This document shows positions 27,753-37,661 of a DNA stretch of 64,000 nucleotides, one piece after another. The notes under the pieces are model-generated. The model did not search any database, had not been told where the DNA came from, and was given only the letters and a program-made list of their open reading frames with translations. The DNA lies in IMG/VR virus record IMGVR_UViG_3300010413_000025, positions 3,192-67,191 of that record; one strand, written 5' to 3'. A program made the position numbers and the translations under genes. The DNA comes from a virus. Positions within the stretch are counted from its first letter, which is position 1; the number at the start of each line of letters is the position of its first letter.

Positions 27753-28432
27753 TTCCCCGGGACAAAGATCAGGTCGCGGTGAATCGACGCGTGCAGCTTG
27801 TAGCCCATCACGTCGACCAGCCAGCGTTCGGATGCGCCCACGCGGTGCCCGGTTTCCCGGTCCTGCGGCAGCGCCTTTTCTTCGATCATAATCACGGGCT
27901 GGTTCGTTTCGATCAGTTTCCGCGCACCCTTCAGTGCCTTCAGTTCCAGTCCTTCGATGTCCAGCTGGATCAGGCCCACGGGTCCCACGATGTCGCCAGA
28001 CGCCACCAAATCGTCCAGTCGGTATACGGGGACCTTTTCAGCGCCCGGACTTGGGATGCCTTCCTTCACTTCCTTGATGTAGTAGGCGCCAGCGTTCGAA
28101 ATTTCACTGGGCGGCAGCTTCACTTCGCCGTAGCCCATGTGATCAGACAGCGCGCCACGGATCGGCGTCACGTTCGTGCGGTCTTCCAGATTCGTGGACA
28201 GGCACGCGAAGTTTTCGCGGTCGGGTTCGAACGTGTACACGTGGTGGAATTCTTTCGACATGACCCACGGCCACACGCCCATGGCCCCGCCCGCCTGAAT
28301 GGCGACCGATGCGCCCGGTTCTGCGACTGCGTCCATGGCCACGTTCAGGTCGTTAATCCAGCTGTTGACCTGTATCAGTTTCGTGTCTTCCTGATTCCAG
28401 CGCCACGATTTGCCTAAAAATGAAATCATCAT
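27749..28432 (-). CDS. FkbM-family methyltransferase
   Basis: IQAGGAMGVW, YTFEPD, IQLDIEGLELKALKGA...PVIMIE. Confidence 0.88.
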   Translation of the reverse strand: MMISFLGKSWRWNQEDTKLIQVNSWINDLNVAMDAVAEPGASVAIQAGGAMGVWPWVMSKEFHHVYTFEPDRENFACLSTNLEDRTNVTPIRGALSDHMGYGEVKLPPSEISNAGAYYIKEVKEGIPSPGAEKVPVYRLDDLVASGDIVGPVGLIQLDIEGLELKALKGARKLIETNQPVIMIEEKALPQDRETGHRVGASERWLVDVMGYKLHASIHRDLIFVPGK

Positions 28433-29082
28433 AATATTTCGTCCAGTTCTGCGGTTTCGAAAAAGTCCAGCGCCGAATCCGGCGTGCAGTTGATTATACG
28501 CACCCCTAGCGCGTCCGTGTCAATGGTCCGGAATACTTTCAGCAGGCCGGTGAATTCGCCGTTCGGCCCCACCTTCGGCCAGTGTTGCAGGGCCTTCGGA
28601 TATTCGCCGAAATAGTGGCGCCCCTGCCCCGCCTTGTGCTTCGCCCGGTCATAGCCCGGCAGGTAGCGCATGTCGTAGCCGATCAGGATGAAATTCCGGG
28701 CGCCGTAGTGGTAGGCCAAATTCAGGATTTGAAACCCGGACGCATGGCCGTAGTGGATGTAGCCGGGGTCGGTCGAAAAACTGTCGCCCCACTTGCCCGG
28801 AATGTAGTTGATCCCGTAGCGGTCGGCCGTTGCCTTGTCCCACGTCCACTTGTCAGCCTTCGAATCACGCAGGGCCGCGCTGTCCTTGTAGTGGTCCCAC
28901 CATTCGATGTTGCAGGCCATGTGCACGTCCAGCGGCGTTACCATAACAGCATTGTTCACCCCGAACACCCGGCACTGGTTCTGCTGCCGCGCGTAGCGCA
29001 CGCGTTCCAGCTGTTCGACGGTAAGGGAAGGGCCGGTGCCGATGATCACGGCCGGATAGTCAGCGAAATTTTTGAAGGGCAT
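28429..29082 (-). CDS. Maf/DUF115 (CMP-sugar transferase-like) glycosyltransferase
   Basis: IIGTGPSL, GVNN, SGFQILNLAY..GA..ILIGYDM, HYFG, IINCT. Confidence 0.75.
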   Translation of the reverse strand: MPFKNFADYPAVIIGTGPSLTVEQLERVRYARQQNQCRVFGVNNAVMVTPLDVHMACNIEWWDHYKDSAALRDSKADKWTWDKATADRYGINYIPGKWGDSFSTDPGYIHYGHASGFQILNLAYHYGARNFILIGYDMRYLPGYDRAKHKAGQGRHYFGEYPKALQHWPKVGPNGEFTGLLKVFRTIDTDALGVRIINCTPDSALDFFETAELDEIL

Positions 29083-29884
29083 CTGTCAGACTCATTTTAG
29101 GGAACATGTTCAGCGCCGTGTTCGGCGTCGCGTTGACGATTTCAATCCCGTAGTCTTCGGGCTTTATCGTCGCATAATTTTGAACGAATCCGGTGTATCC
29201 ACCGTTCCGCGCCAGTCCTTCAGGATGATCACCGAAAAAATGCTTTTTGTTGTTCACCACGCGCATGTTGTAGCCGCACAAAATAATTCGGTTAATCCCG
29301 AACAGGTAGGCCAGATTTATAAGCTGGTAGCCGCTGTTGTTTCCGAAATGGATCAGGTCCTGCTTTCTCGACAGTCCCTTTGCCCCGCAGCCTTTGATCC
29401 GCCGCAGGCCCGGGAACTGCGATTGCGGCATGTTCGGTTCCTGCGTCCACATTCCATGCGTGGTTTCGTATTCGCGGATATGTTCGAAGTGTTTCCGCCA
29501 CCATGCGAAATCGCAGGCATAGTGGACGTTCAAGTACGGCGCGATGCGATAGGCGTCATTGCACCCGAACAGGTAAAGTTCCTGCGTCAGCCGGGCGGCC
29601 ATGATTTCGTCCATAACTTCGGGGGTCAGGCCGGGGCCGGTCGCCATCAGGACGGCCGCCTTGCCTTCGAAATCCCGGGGAATGGTTTCCGGCTTGATGG
29701 GGTCCGGCGGTGGGCTGCGCCTGTGCTGTCCGCGAACGCCAGCGGCCTGACGGGGCTGTGCCTTCGCGGGAAGGTCCTTGATCAGGGAAACAGGCCCGGG
29801 CGCCGCAGACGGCCCCAGCTTCGGCCGCAGGTGGCGGTCTTCCGCTGTAGCACGAATATTTTTCAGTCGCTGCAAGCGAATCAA
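29060..29884 (-). CDS. Second Maf/DUF115-like glycosyltransferase (paralogue)
   Basis: LMATGPGL, GCND, NSGYQLINLAYLFG...LCGYNM, HFFGDHP, IVNAT. Confidence 0.75.
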   Translation of the reverse strand: MIRLQRLKNIRATAEDRHLRPKLGPSAAPGPVSLIKDLPAKAQPRQAAGVRGQHRRSPPPDPIKPETIPRDFEGKAAVLMATGPGLTPEVMDEIMAARLTQELYLFGCNDAYRIAPYLNVHYACDFAWWRKHFEHIREYETTHGMWTQEPNMPQSQFPGLRRIKGCGAKGLSRKQDLIHFGNNSGYQLINLAYLFGINRIILCGYNMRVVNNKKHFFGDHPEGLARNGGYTGFVQNYATIKPEDYGIEIVNATPNTALNMFPKMSLTDALQKFR

Positions 29885-31827
29885 TGTGCTTCCGCCCAGT
29901 TCGCGCCGTGGTCGCTGCTGACCAGCAGGGGAACCCGCAGCTGGTACACGTCTTTCATCATTCTGGCCGCTTCAGCGTGCGCCTGAACGGCTTGCGGGGT
30001 TTGGGGGACCGACCAGTTCAGTTCGTCGTGAACGGTCAGCAGCGGCGGCCCCATGAAGTCACACACGCCAGATTCCCAGATATTGACCATTGCAAGTTTC
30101 ATCAGATCGGCCGCGCTTCCCTGCATTAGTGCGTTCAGGGCTGCGTACCCGAACGCCCGTTTCACGCCATGTTTACCCCACGCCAGCACCGCGTCGTCGT
30201 ACAGCAGCGGGGTCGGCTTGTTGTCCTTGTAATTATACCCGAATTTTCCATAGTCGCGCGGTTCCCACAGATCGAACCGGCGGCGGCGCCCCAGCAGGGT
30301 CATGATGTAGCCCCGATTTTCGGCCACCCGGGACACATTCCGCATCAGTGCCTTGATGAACGGCAGCCGGGCGTGGTACATCGCAAAAATTTCTTCGGCT
30401 TTTTCGCGGGTTACGCCCAGCTGACGGGCCAGCTTTTCGATGCCCATCCCGTAGCCCAGCCCAAAATTGATATTTTTCGCCGGTTTGCGGTCGATCCCGG
30501 TTATGCTGGCGACGTAGTCGTGGAAATCGGTCGTCGGGTCTTCCCTGTATGCCCGCTGCGTAGCTTCGGCCGACTTTCCGGTGCCGTAGTGGACCAGTTC
30601 GCGGAATTCGATCTGCGACCAGTCGTCGCTGTACCAGACTTCGTCCGGTTCCGGAATAAACATGGACCGCATCAGCGGCCCCAGTTCTTCGTCCCGGGCA
30701 GGGATGTTTTGCAGGTTCGGGTTCGATGAACTGAATCGGCCGGAAACCGTCCCGTTGCTGTCGGTCTTCAGCTGGTGGAATTGCGTATGCACCCGGCCGT
30801 CGACGGCGTTTCCCAGCACCGCCCCCTGAATGAACGTGGTCACGGTCTTGTCATACTTGCGCGCTTCGACCAGCTTCCGCAGTCGCGGGTCTTCGTGCTT
30901 TTCCAGCCACAGCGCCGTGAAGGATGGTTTCTTTGTCTTCGCGGTCAGGGGGTATTCGATGCCGGACCTGTCGCACATTTTCGCGACCTGTTCCGCGTTC
31001 CAAATATCCGGAATGCCGATGTCCTTACAGATTTGAATTTTCCGTGCGGTCAGGTCGTCCGTCGCGCGCTGCGCGTTCGCTTCGTCGACTTTGACGCCAC
31101 GGCGCCGCATGGACAGCATCATAGGCATAAGCCGTTTTTCAATGTCCCAGACGCGCCCTAGTTCCTGTTCTTCGATGATCGCCAGCTGTTTGCGAATAAT
31201 CTGCTGCGGCAGTGTCACGTCGGCGATTGCATACGGCGCCGCTATTTCCGGCGGGCACCGATAGATATTTTTCCGCTGATCCCGTTCCTTGCCATAGGTC
31301 CGGTTCAGCCAGTCTTCCATGTCGGATTTTTCCTTGCCGATGCCCAGATACTTGAACGACTGCCGGTCCAGCGAAAAACTGTGCTGGTTTTCGTCAATCA
31401 GCGGTTCCGCAATCTGGATGTCGAAATATGGCCCCGGGACCTGCACGCCTTCTTCCCACAGGTAGTCCAGATCGTACAGCAGGTTCGCGCCGATCTTCGG
31501 GACGCCTTTCAGGCATAGATTCCGCTGTGCCCATGCCATAACGTGTTCGCGCAGGTAGCCGACGCCGTTCGGATTGTATTCAAGGTCGTGCCGTATCGGC
31601 AGGTAAAAGGCTGCGTCTTCGGTGGCCACGGAAATTCCGACGATATAGCCGCCAGTTCGCACGCCGGGTCCCTTTGTCTTCAGGTCCGGATCATACGTTT
31701 CGGTGTCAATGGTCAGTTCTTTGGCCGCTGCCAGATTGAAATCATTCAGCGACTGGAATCGCAGCTTGTTCGTCCACTCCCGATATTTTTCGGGGATTTC
31801 CTGATACCGGGGATGCTTAAACGCCAT
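29881..31827 (-). CDS. polA: Family A DNA polymerase with 3'-5' exonuclease
   Basis: IDTET ExoI, GTVSGRFSS, DWSQIEFR (A), KNINFGLGYG (B), TVHDE (C). Confidence 0.95.
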   Translation of the reverse strand: MAFKHPRYQEIPEKYREWTNKLRFQSLNDFNLAAAKELTIDTETYDPDLKTKGPGVRTGGYIVGISVATEDAAFYLPIRHDLEYNPNGVGYLREHVMAWAQRNLCLKGVPKIGANLLYDLDYLWEEGVQVPGPYFDIQIAEPLIDENQHSFSLDRQSFKYLGIGKEKSDMEDWLNRTYGKERDQRKNIYRCPPEIAAPYAIADVTLPQQIIRKQLAIIEEQELGRVWDIEKRLMPMMLSMRRRGVKVDEANAQRATDDLTARKIQICKDIGIPDIWNAEQVAKMCDRSGIEYPLTAKTKKPSFTALWLEKHEDPRLRKLVEARKYDKTVTTFIQGAVLGNAVDGRVHTQFHQLKTDSNGTVSGRFSSSNPNLQNIPARDEELGPLMRSMFIPEPDEVWYSDDWSQIEFRELVHYGTGKSAEATQRAYREDPTTDFHDYVASITGIDRKPAKNINFGLGYGMGIEKLARQLGVTREKAEEIFAMYHARLPFIKALMRNVSRVAENRGYIMTLLGRRRRFDLWEPRDYGKFGYNYKDNKPTPLLYDDAVLAWGKHGVKRAFGYAALNALMQGSAADLMKLAMVNIWESGVCDFMGPPLLTVHDELNWSVPQTPQAVQAHAEAARMMKDVYQLRVPLLVSSDHGANWAEAH

Positions 31828-33154
31828 TTTTTAACCTGCCCGCGCCGGGAACGATAATGGTTAGGTATTCTGTCGCACGGCTGGCGGCCGTGTAAAGCCA
31901 TCGTCGCCACTGCGCCGCGCCAACGACGCCCGGCTTGTCTGCGTACACAATCACGTGTGGCCATTGCGAACCCTGCGACTTGTGCCCTGTCATCGAATAG
32001 ACAAAGTCGGCCCGCATCCCATCCACGTGGTCGTCGAACGGTTCGTGCGTGTCGGGGTCAAGGTTCGCGTCGATCCGCGCGCAGTGAAACAGCTTGCGGT
32101 TCACCTGAACATGCGGCAGCAGGTACCCCCTGTCGATGTCTTGCAGGTCGTATGTCCCGTCCGCGTGTTCGGCCATGACCTTATAAACGAACCCGTTCCT
32201 GAATCGCCGCTGGCGTCCTTCGAATCGGTCCTGATATTGTTTATAGCAGCGGATCAGGTCGCCCACTGCCGGTTCCTTGTTCGGGGAAAAATAGTCGTTG
32301 AACTTGCGCACGTCGCTGACCTTGTACGCAATCACGGCGTCGTGGTTCGGGTTCAGGGAATTTTCCGCGTAGTAGTCTTCGACTTCGCCGCCGACGATCT
32401 TATACGTGGTCCCCTTGCCGACGCGCGGGACGGACCCGTTCTTGCGGATCAGGTGCAGTAGTTCCAGAAGTTCGCGGTCCTTCTGGCGGCATATTTCGTT
32501 CAGGGTGTAATCCATGGTCGTGAAAAACGGCGTGCCCTGCACTGGCGGCAGCTGGCCGTGGTCCCCGATGAAAACCACCGGGACCCCTTGCGCCAGAATG
32601 TGTTCGGCGTGTTCTTCAGTCATCATGCTGGATTCGTCGATAATGACCCCGCGCACGTGCCGCTTGTTTCCGCTTTCGTCTTCAGCGTCTTCGTCGTCTT
32701 CGCGCGGTCCGAACATCAGCGGGTAGCGCGCGTCCAGTCGGCGAAGTTCGGTTTCCTTCTGTTCGCGCAGCTGGCGCAGCACGGTCAGGTCGGCTTTCTT
32801 CATCTTCCCGGCTTCGGCCTTGAACTTGTCGACGATCTTTTGTTTTTCGTCCTTGTATTCGTCTTCGTTCGAACGGGACGGAATCAAAAAAACGCTGTGG
32901 TACGTCGCCACGTCGGTTTGCATTTCCTGCCCCAGCCGCTTGGCTGCGACCCATGTCGGCGCCGCGATAATGCACTGGTTCTTGAACGCGGTCGCAATCA
33001 CTGACGTTTTACCAGTTCCAGCCAGTCCGCCCACGCGAATAAATCGCCTGTTCTGGTAGTGCCGCTTTTCCAGAAACGTGTCGATAAATTCCAGCGCGCC
33101 CAGCTGCTGTTCCTTTAGCTTGAACGGGAACATGTCTTGAAATTTATTTGTCAT
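31817..33154 (-). CDS. SF1B (RecD/Dda-like) helicase
   Basis: GLAGTGKT, IIDESSM, IGDHGQLPPV, HKSQGSQW, LYTAASRA. Confidence 0.9.
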   Translation of the reverse strand: MTNKFQDMFPFKLKEQQLGALEFIDTFLEKRHYQNRRFIRVGGLAGTGKTSVIATAFKNQCIIAAPTWVAAKRLGQEMQTDVATYHSVFLIPSRSNEDEYKDEKQKIVDKFKAEAGKMKKADLTVLRQLREQKETELRRLDARYPLMFGPREDDEDAEDESGNKRHVRGVIIDESSMMTEEHAEHILAQGVPVVFIGDHGQLPPVQGTPFFTTMDYTLNEICRQKDRELLELLHLIRKNGSVPRVGKGTTYKIVGGEVEDYYAENSLNPNHDAVIAYKVSDVRKFNDYFSPNKEPAVGDLIRCYKQYQDRFEGRQRRFRNGFVYKVMAEHADGTYDLQDIDRGYLLPHVQVNRKLFHCARIDANLDPDTHEPFDDHVDGMRADFVYSMTGHKSQGSQWPHVIVYADKPGVVGAAQWRRWLYTAASRATEYLTIIVPGAGRLKNGV

Positions 33155-33400
33155 CTTTTAGCCTTTTCAGTTCTTCGCGTAGTTGTCGCACACGTTCCAC
33201 TTGCATTCGGTATACCTTGCCCAGATACCCGCCGCCTTCCATCAGGCATTCGTGCGCCTTCAGCAGTCGGGCCTTTTCGTCGTCATCGTCGTTCGTCGTC
33301 ATCTGGTGTCCCCGGGCACGGCTTGCGCGCCGCCTTCCGGGTCGCCTTGTTCTTCAGCAGGATCAGTCCGCATTTGCGGCAAACTGGCCAGCTGAAAATT

Positions 33401-34213
33401 TTAGTCGTCACAAACGTGTGTCGGTGCATTGAATTCAGCCAGTCGTGGCCCGCGCATAGGATTAAGCCGTTCCCAAAAGTACCCGCTTTCGATTTCCCGT
33501 GTAAAGTATTGGCAGTGCGCCAAGTACCGGAACAGCTGCATTCGGTCAGGTGTCAGCGTTTCCGCGATGGTCTTTCCCGCTACTGCGTGGGCCGGGTTGC
33601 CTTCGTCGAAGGAAATCACCGGCACGCCGCCCATCAGGGCGTCAACCGCCACCGTCGAATTCAGGACAGCGGCTGCGCGCGCCTGTCGCAGGTGCGTGGC
33701 CAGTGGGACCCGCTGCCCGTGGTTCGGATGCGGCCGGAACATCACAGGTTCGGCGACCGTTCCCTTCACGTAGTCGTACCATTCGCCGGGCGTCGCGTAC
33801 CTGCCGCAGCGGCCCAGATCAGCCTGCCCGCACAGCAGCAGATACCGGCCTTCCTTGCGCCACGGTTTCACGTCCTTGACCGGGTCGATGAACAGGCGCA
33901 GACGATCTTCGGCCGGGTCGTCGACGCAAAAGGTCCCGCGCCCGTTGAACCCGTTCCACGAAATCGCGACCACGTCGTGCACGTGCTGGGGGTCTTTCGT
34001 GATCAGGACCCGGTTCACCATGATGTAATCGCCGCCGTCCCGTTCGATATTTTTCCAGTAATTAGGGCCAAACAGCACCGCCACTTCGGATTCGCGGCGG
34101 GCCTTGTTCGAAACCGACGCGAAAATTCCGTGCTTTGCGAATCCGCGCCGAAAAAATTCAGTATAGCGTTTTTGCCATGCAATCGCTTTATTTGCGTGGA
34201 TTGTCACATTCAT
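33401..34213 (-). CDS. GT-B glycosyltransferase (KpsS/KpsC capsule-synthesis-like)
   Basis: LLCGQ, FRPHP, NSTVAVDALMGGVPV. Confidence 0.7.
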   Translation of the reverse strand: MNVTIHANKAIAWQKRYTEFFRRGFAKHGIFASVSNKARRESEVAVLFGPNYWKNIERDGGDYIMVNRVLITKDPQHVHDVVAISWNGFNGRGTFCVDDPAEDRLRLFIDPVKDVKPWRKEGRYLLLCGQADLGRCGRYATPGEWYDYVKGTVAEPVMFRPHPNHGQRVPLATHLRQARAAAVLNSTVAVDALMGGVPVISFDEGNPAHAVAGKTIAETLTPDRMQLFRYLAHCQYFTREIESGYFWERLNPMRGPRLAEFNAPTHVCDD

Positions 34214-34791
34214 GCGTTCACCGCTTCGTTGTAATAAGTCCAGAACAGTTCGACCGCTTCACCGTCAGGGTGTTGCTTGTACGGGTGCCCGGGTATCGGA
34301 TGCCACGGCTGCCGATCCAGATCGCTGTAGTGGATCAGCTTCGTGTCTGGAAATACTTTGTCGATCACGTTCCACTGTCCGGGGATGCTTGGCTGCATGA
34401 ATGACCGCAGCGCACTTCGAATCTGATCCTTTTTCTGCGACTGAATTCTTTCCGGTACCAGCCAGTCGAACCGGCTGCAATCAATCACAGACACGTCGTC
34501 ACGCATCGGGGTCGTACACCACGTGCCCGGCGTTTTATACGACCATAATTCGGCGATGTCGCCCAGCACCAGCATGTCCACGTCCAGATAAATAGCATAG
34601 CCTTCGAATCCACAAATCCACGGAATCAGGAAACGGTGATTCGTAAACCCGGTGCACCCTGATTTCCAGCCCGGCCGCATGAAATTAACCTGCACGTCCG
34701 GCGTCGACGAATTCTTTCGAATCGAATGTGCCAGCGCCTTTTCAGCCTTGCCGTGAATGTCGCTATCGGTGCCCACGAAAACCCTGATCAT
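34210..34791 (-). CDS. GT-A glycosyltransferase
   Basis: IRVFVG, TGFTNHRFLIP, AIYLDVDML (DxD), WN, LIHYS...PW. Confidence 0.85.
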   Translation of the reverse strand: MIRVFVGTDSDIHGKAEKALAHSIRKNSSTPDVQVNFMRPGWKSGCTGFTNHRFLIPWICGFEGYAIYLDVDMLVLGDIAELWSYKTPGTWCTTPMRDDVSVIDCSRFDWLVPERIQSQKKDQIRSALRSFMQPSIPGQWNVIDKVFPDTKLIHYSDLDRQPWHPIPGHPYKQHPDGEAVELFWTYYNEAVNA

Positions 34792-34985
34792 TGCGCGTCC
34801 CCCCGTCGTAGAATGTACCGAACGCAGCGAACCGGGCACTTGCACCGGCCGCCGCCACCGTCGCAGATTTCGATTGCCAGTGCGCGGGCTTTCTGCGGTT
34901 CTGTTATTCGGTCTTCATTGATCCACACGTGCGTTTCAGTATTGAACGGCGCGTGGTAGTGATAAATTGGCAGGCGTTCAGTCAT
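34788..34985 (-). CDS. Small Cys-rich protein
   Basis: C...RCKCPVRC; overlaps both neighbours. Confidence 0.45.
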   Translation of the reverse strand: MTERLPIYHYHAPFNTETHVWINEDRITEPQKARALAIEICDGGGGRCKCPVRCVRYILRRGDAQ

Positions 34986-35713
34986 GTGCTGCCCCTTTTT
35001 GGGTAGTCTAATGGCGGATATTTCAGGGCTTTTAGTAGCACCCGTCGTTCGCGTTTATCGCCGCCGTAAAAGTTGCAATACTTGTGTCGGACTGGTTCCT
35101 TGTCGCGCTTCCATCCTAACCCGGCCCAGTAGTCCCAGTCCAGTGGTTCACCTGTGTTTTTGCGTCGTCGGCGCCAGCTGCGACTGCTGACCTTTTTCCC
35201 TGTTTCGTCCCAGTATCTGAACCGACTTGGATTCTTTCCACGGCCCGGGCTACCGCCCAAATAGTGCCAGTTGCAGGCTTGATAAATCGTGCCGATTTCC
35301 CCAGCTTCCACGTCGCTGTACGCGTAAAAAATGCGCCACCCGTAGTCGTCGGCCGCCATTTTACACGCGTTCGCTACCAGAAAACTTCCAGCGTGCGGAT
35401 GTGCATAATGAACGCAGGCGCCGCGTTCCAGACAAATCGCTTTTGTTCTGTTTTCTTTTCCGCATAGATTGGCAGCCAGTGATCCGCCGCCGTTTCCGAA
35501 CACGGCTACGCCCAGCAGTTCGTGGCCGGGGGAAAACAGGCCATAACATGCGCGGACTATAGACGGCATTGTTCCCAGCCATTCGTAAACGAAAATCACG
35601 CTTTCGGCCTGTTCCCGCGTTATCTGTTCGACGAAACAACCGGCCAGTGGAATCACTGGCCGGTCATCCTTCGCCGCAATTTCATCCCTGATTTTGCGCT
35701 GGTGGCATTTCAT
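34982..35713 (-). CDS. Mom-like GNAT-fold DNA adenine modification enzyme
   Basis: YGLF...LLGVAVFG, LERGAC, SFLVA, YAYSD..AGEIGTIYQACNWHYLG, a Mu Mom family pattern. Confidence 0.75.
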   Translation of the reverse strand: MKCHQRKIRDEIAAKDDRPVIPLAGCFVEQITREQAESVIFVYEWLGTMPSIVRACYGLFSPGHELLGVAVFGNGGGSLAANLCGKENRTKAICLERGACVHYAHPHAGSFLVANACKMAADDYGWRIFYAYSDVEAGEIGTIYQACNWHYLGGSPGRGKNPSRFRYWDETGKKVSSRSWRRRRKNTGEPLDWDYWAGLGWKRDKEPVRHKYCNFYGGDKRERRVLLKALKYPPLDYPKRGST

Positions 35714-36714
35714 TGTGCTAACGGGACCCGCTTCAGTTTGCGGACGTTGCTGTTGAATGTCGCCTGCGTGACTTCCTTCCCTGCCCGTGCGTAATTCCAC
35801 GCGACAATGTAGGCTTTCATCAGTTCGCGAACATAGTCACGGTGCCGCCCTTTTGCGATAGCGCGCTGGTTTCTATCTTCCCGATGTTCTTCGGATTTAG
35901 CCTTAGACGCAGCGGCGTAGTCCCTAGCATACCGGAAACATGTGTTCGGACGATTGTCGTCTGTGGCCATCCAGTTGGCTACAATGTCGGTAAGTTTCGG
36001 GTCTATTTTGGTCCATTCGTACAGCAAAAACACCACTGCCGAATAAGGTCCGTTCCCGGTCTGACGATAGCGCAAGGCCGCGTCGTGGTACTTTTCACGG
36101 GTAGCCGGAAGATCATTGAACGACGCACGAATTGCGTCAGCAATATTTCCTTCCGATTCGCGCAGTCCCGCTTCCGGATTAGTCAGCGGGTCGCCAGTCA
36201 AGCCACGGCGCCACAGGTACCGACCAGTGCGTGCAAGGTCAGACGTGTACGTTTGCCAGCCGCCCTTGTTCCCCTGATCTTCGATGTACAAAATGTCCTT
36301 AACATCGCGTGAATTGCCTTGGTCAAAGTGCCGGAATGCGGCGTATGGAACATCGAATACAGCCCAAAATGATTGGGCCTTGCCAGCTTTGATAACAGCT
36401 TCCAGCCTGTGCTGCCCGTCGATCAGTATCTGCTTTCCGTCCAATATGCTGAATTTCAGCAGTTCGAATGTATCAGTGAACCACCGACCTTCGCGGATGT
36501 CATTCGCATACGTCGCGATACTTGCCCGTGCTTCTGCGCGATTATAAAACCCGGCTTCCGCTGTTTCCTTGAGTATTTTTTCAGCTTGTTCCGGTGTAAT
36601 AACTACAGTAAGGATCGTTCGCCTTTCACCGGCAGGTTTCAGGTCGTACGAATTGCCCCGACTGATAGGGGTCACGTTGTTAATAGGATTTATTTTGTCT
36701 TTCATCGTCAGCAC
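35710..36714 (-). CDS. ParB/Srx-like (DGQHR) domain protein
   Basis: ITPEQA..IL, NR, YANDIREGRW, LIDGQHRLEAV, DQG..R. Confidence 0.75.
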   Translation of the reverse strand: MLTMKDKINPINNVTPISRGNSYDLKPAGERRTILTVVITPEQAEKILKETAEAGFYNRAEARASIATYANDIREGRWFTDTFELLKFSILDGKQILIDGQHRLEAVIKAGKAQSFWAVFDVPYAAFRHFDQGNSRDVKDILYIEDQGNKGGWQTYTSDLARTGRYLWRRGLTGDPLTNPEAGLRESEGNIADAIRASFNDLPATREKYHDAALRYRQTGNGPYSAVVFLLYEWTKIDPKLTDIVANWMATDDNRPNTCFRYARDYAAASKAKSEEHREDRNQRAIAKGRHRDYVRELMKAYIVAWNYARAGKEVTQATFNSNVRKLKRVPLAQ

Positions 36715-36802
36715 TCCCGTGGTTTGACGTATTACAATATGGGCATTTATGACTGTGCGGATTCGCTGCGTCTAGCCCGGTTTATCCCTTTCGGGGAATT
36801 CT

Positions 36803-37375
36803 TTAGCGCCTTATCGCGCCTTTCGTTTTTTCTTCGTCGAACATCACGCCGCAGTATTCCAAAGCTTCGCGAATCTGCGTGAAGTCTCCCTGAATCAGTC
36901 GGTCGGTGTCAACCCAGACGCCGCCGTATTGCTGGTGCAGGATTTTCATTTGCAGGTACCGCCATTCGGCCGCCTTGCGCGCCATTTCCGGGTCGGCGTT
37001 TCGTCGCTTGTCGCAGATTGATTTCACCACGGCTTCGGGGTCGCGAACTATGAACACATTGAACGGATTCAGCGGACGGAATACATGGAAATATTCGATT
37101 CCGGTTTTCATCATCCACGGCCTGTCGCTGGGGGTTACCCCCTGAATATCGCGAAGGCACGGTGGAACATTCGGTTCGTCGATAGCTGGCAGGGTGCAGA
37201 ATGGCAGGCCGAAATACTGTTTCAGAATCGCCTTGATCTGCTGATTTTCGAACGTGTCATACCCGGCGGACTGCTGCTGCCGGTTTCCCCAGTACAGGCC
37301 GTGCGCGGCGAATATTGCTGCCACCATGCTAGATCGGCTGCGGCTTGTCATCCATAGCAAAATCGGGCTGTGCAT
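36803..37375 (-). CDS. Sulfotransferase-like protein
   Basis: LWMTSRSRSSMVA (PAPS 5'-phosphosulfate-loop-like), IVRDPEAVVKS. Confidence 0.65.
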   Translation of the reverse strand: MHSPILLWMTSRSRSSMVAAIFAAHGLYWGNRQQQSAGYDTFENQQIKAILKQYFGLPFCTLPAIDEPNVPPCLRDIQGVTPSDRPWMMKTGIEYFHVFRPLNPFNVFIVRDPEAVVKSICDKRRNADPEMARKAAEWRYLQMKILHQQYGGVWVDTDRLIQGDFTQIREALEYCGVMFDEEKTKGAIRR

Positions 37376-37661
37376 CGGGTCCCCCCATGTGCGCTATTTG
37401 ATTGTCCAGCTGTAACTGTGTGTCCTGAAACAGCTGCATGAAAGTGTCGGCAAATACTGGCAAGGTCAGGCGGCCCTGTCCAGTCTTCGACTGTACCTGC
37501 GTCATCAGGACGGCCAGTACGTCGACAGCCCCTGCCAGATAGTCCAGCCGCCGAATGTGGTAGTCGTCCGAATCCATGGGCGCCCCGTCCATTTGCGACG
37601 TTATGTGCCGATCCCATGCTTCGGCCAGTGTTTCCATTATCGGTCCGGTTGTCGCTGTCAT
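37329..37661 (-). CDS. Hypothetical protein
   Basis: ORF track. Confidence 0.55.
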   Translation of the reverse strand: MTATTGPIMETLAEAWDRHITSQMDGAPMDSDDYHIRRLDYLAGAVDVLAVLMTQVQSKTGQGRLTLPVFADTFMQLFQDTQLQLDNQIAHMGGPDAQPDFAMDDKPQPI

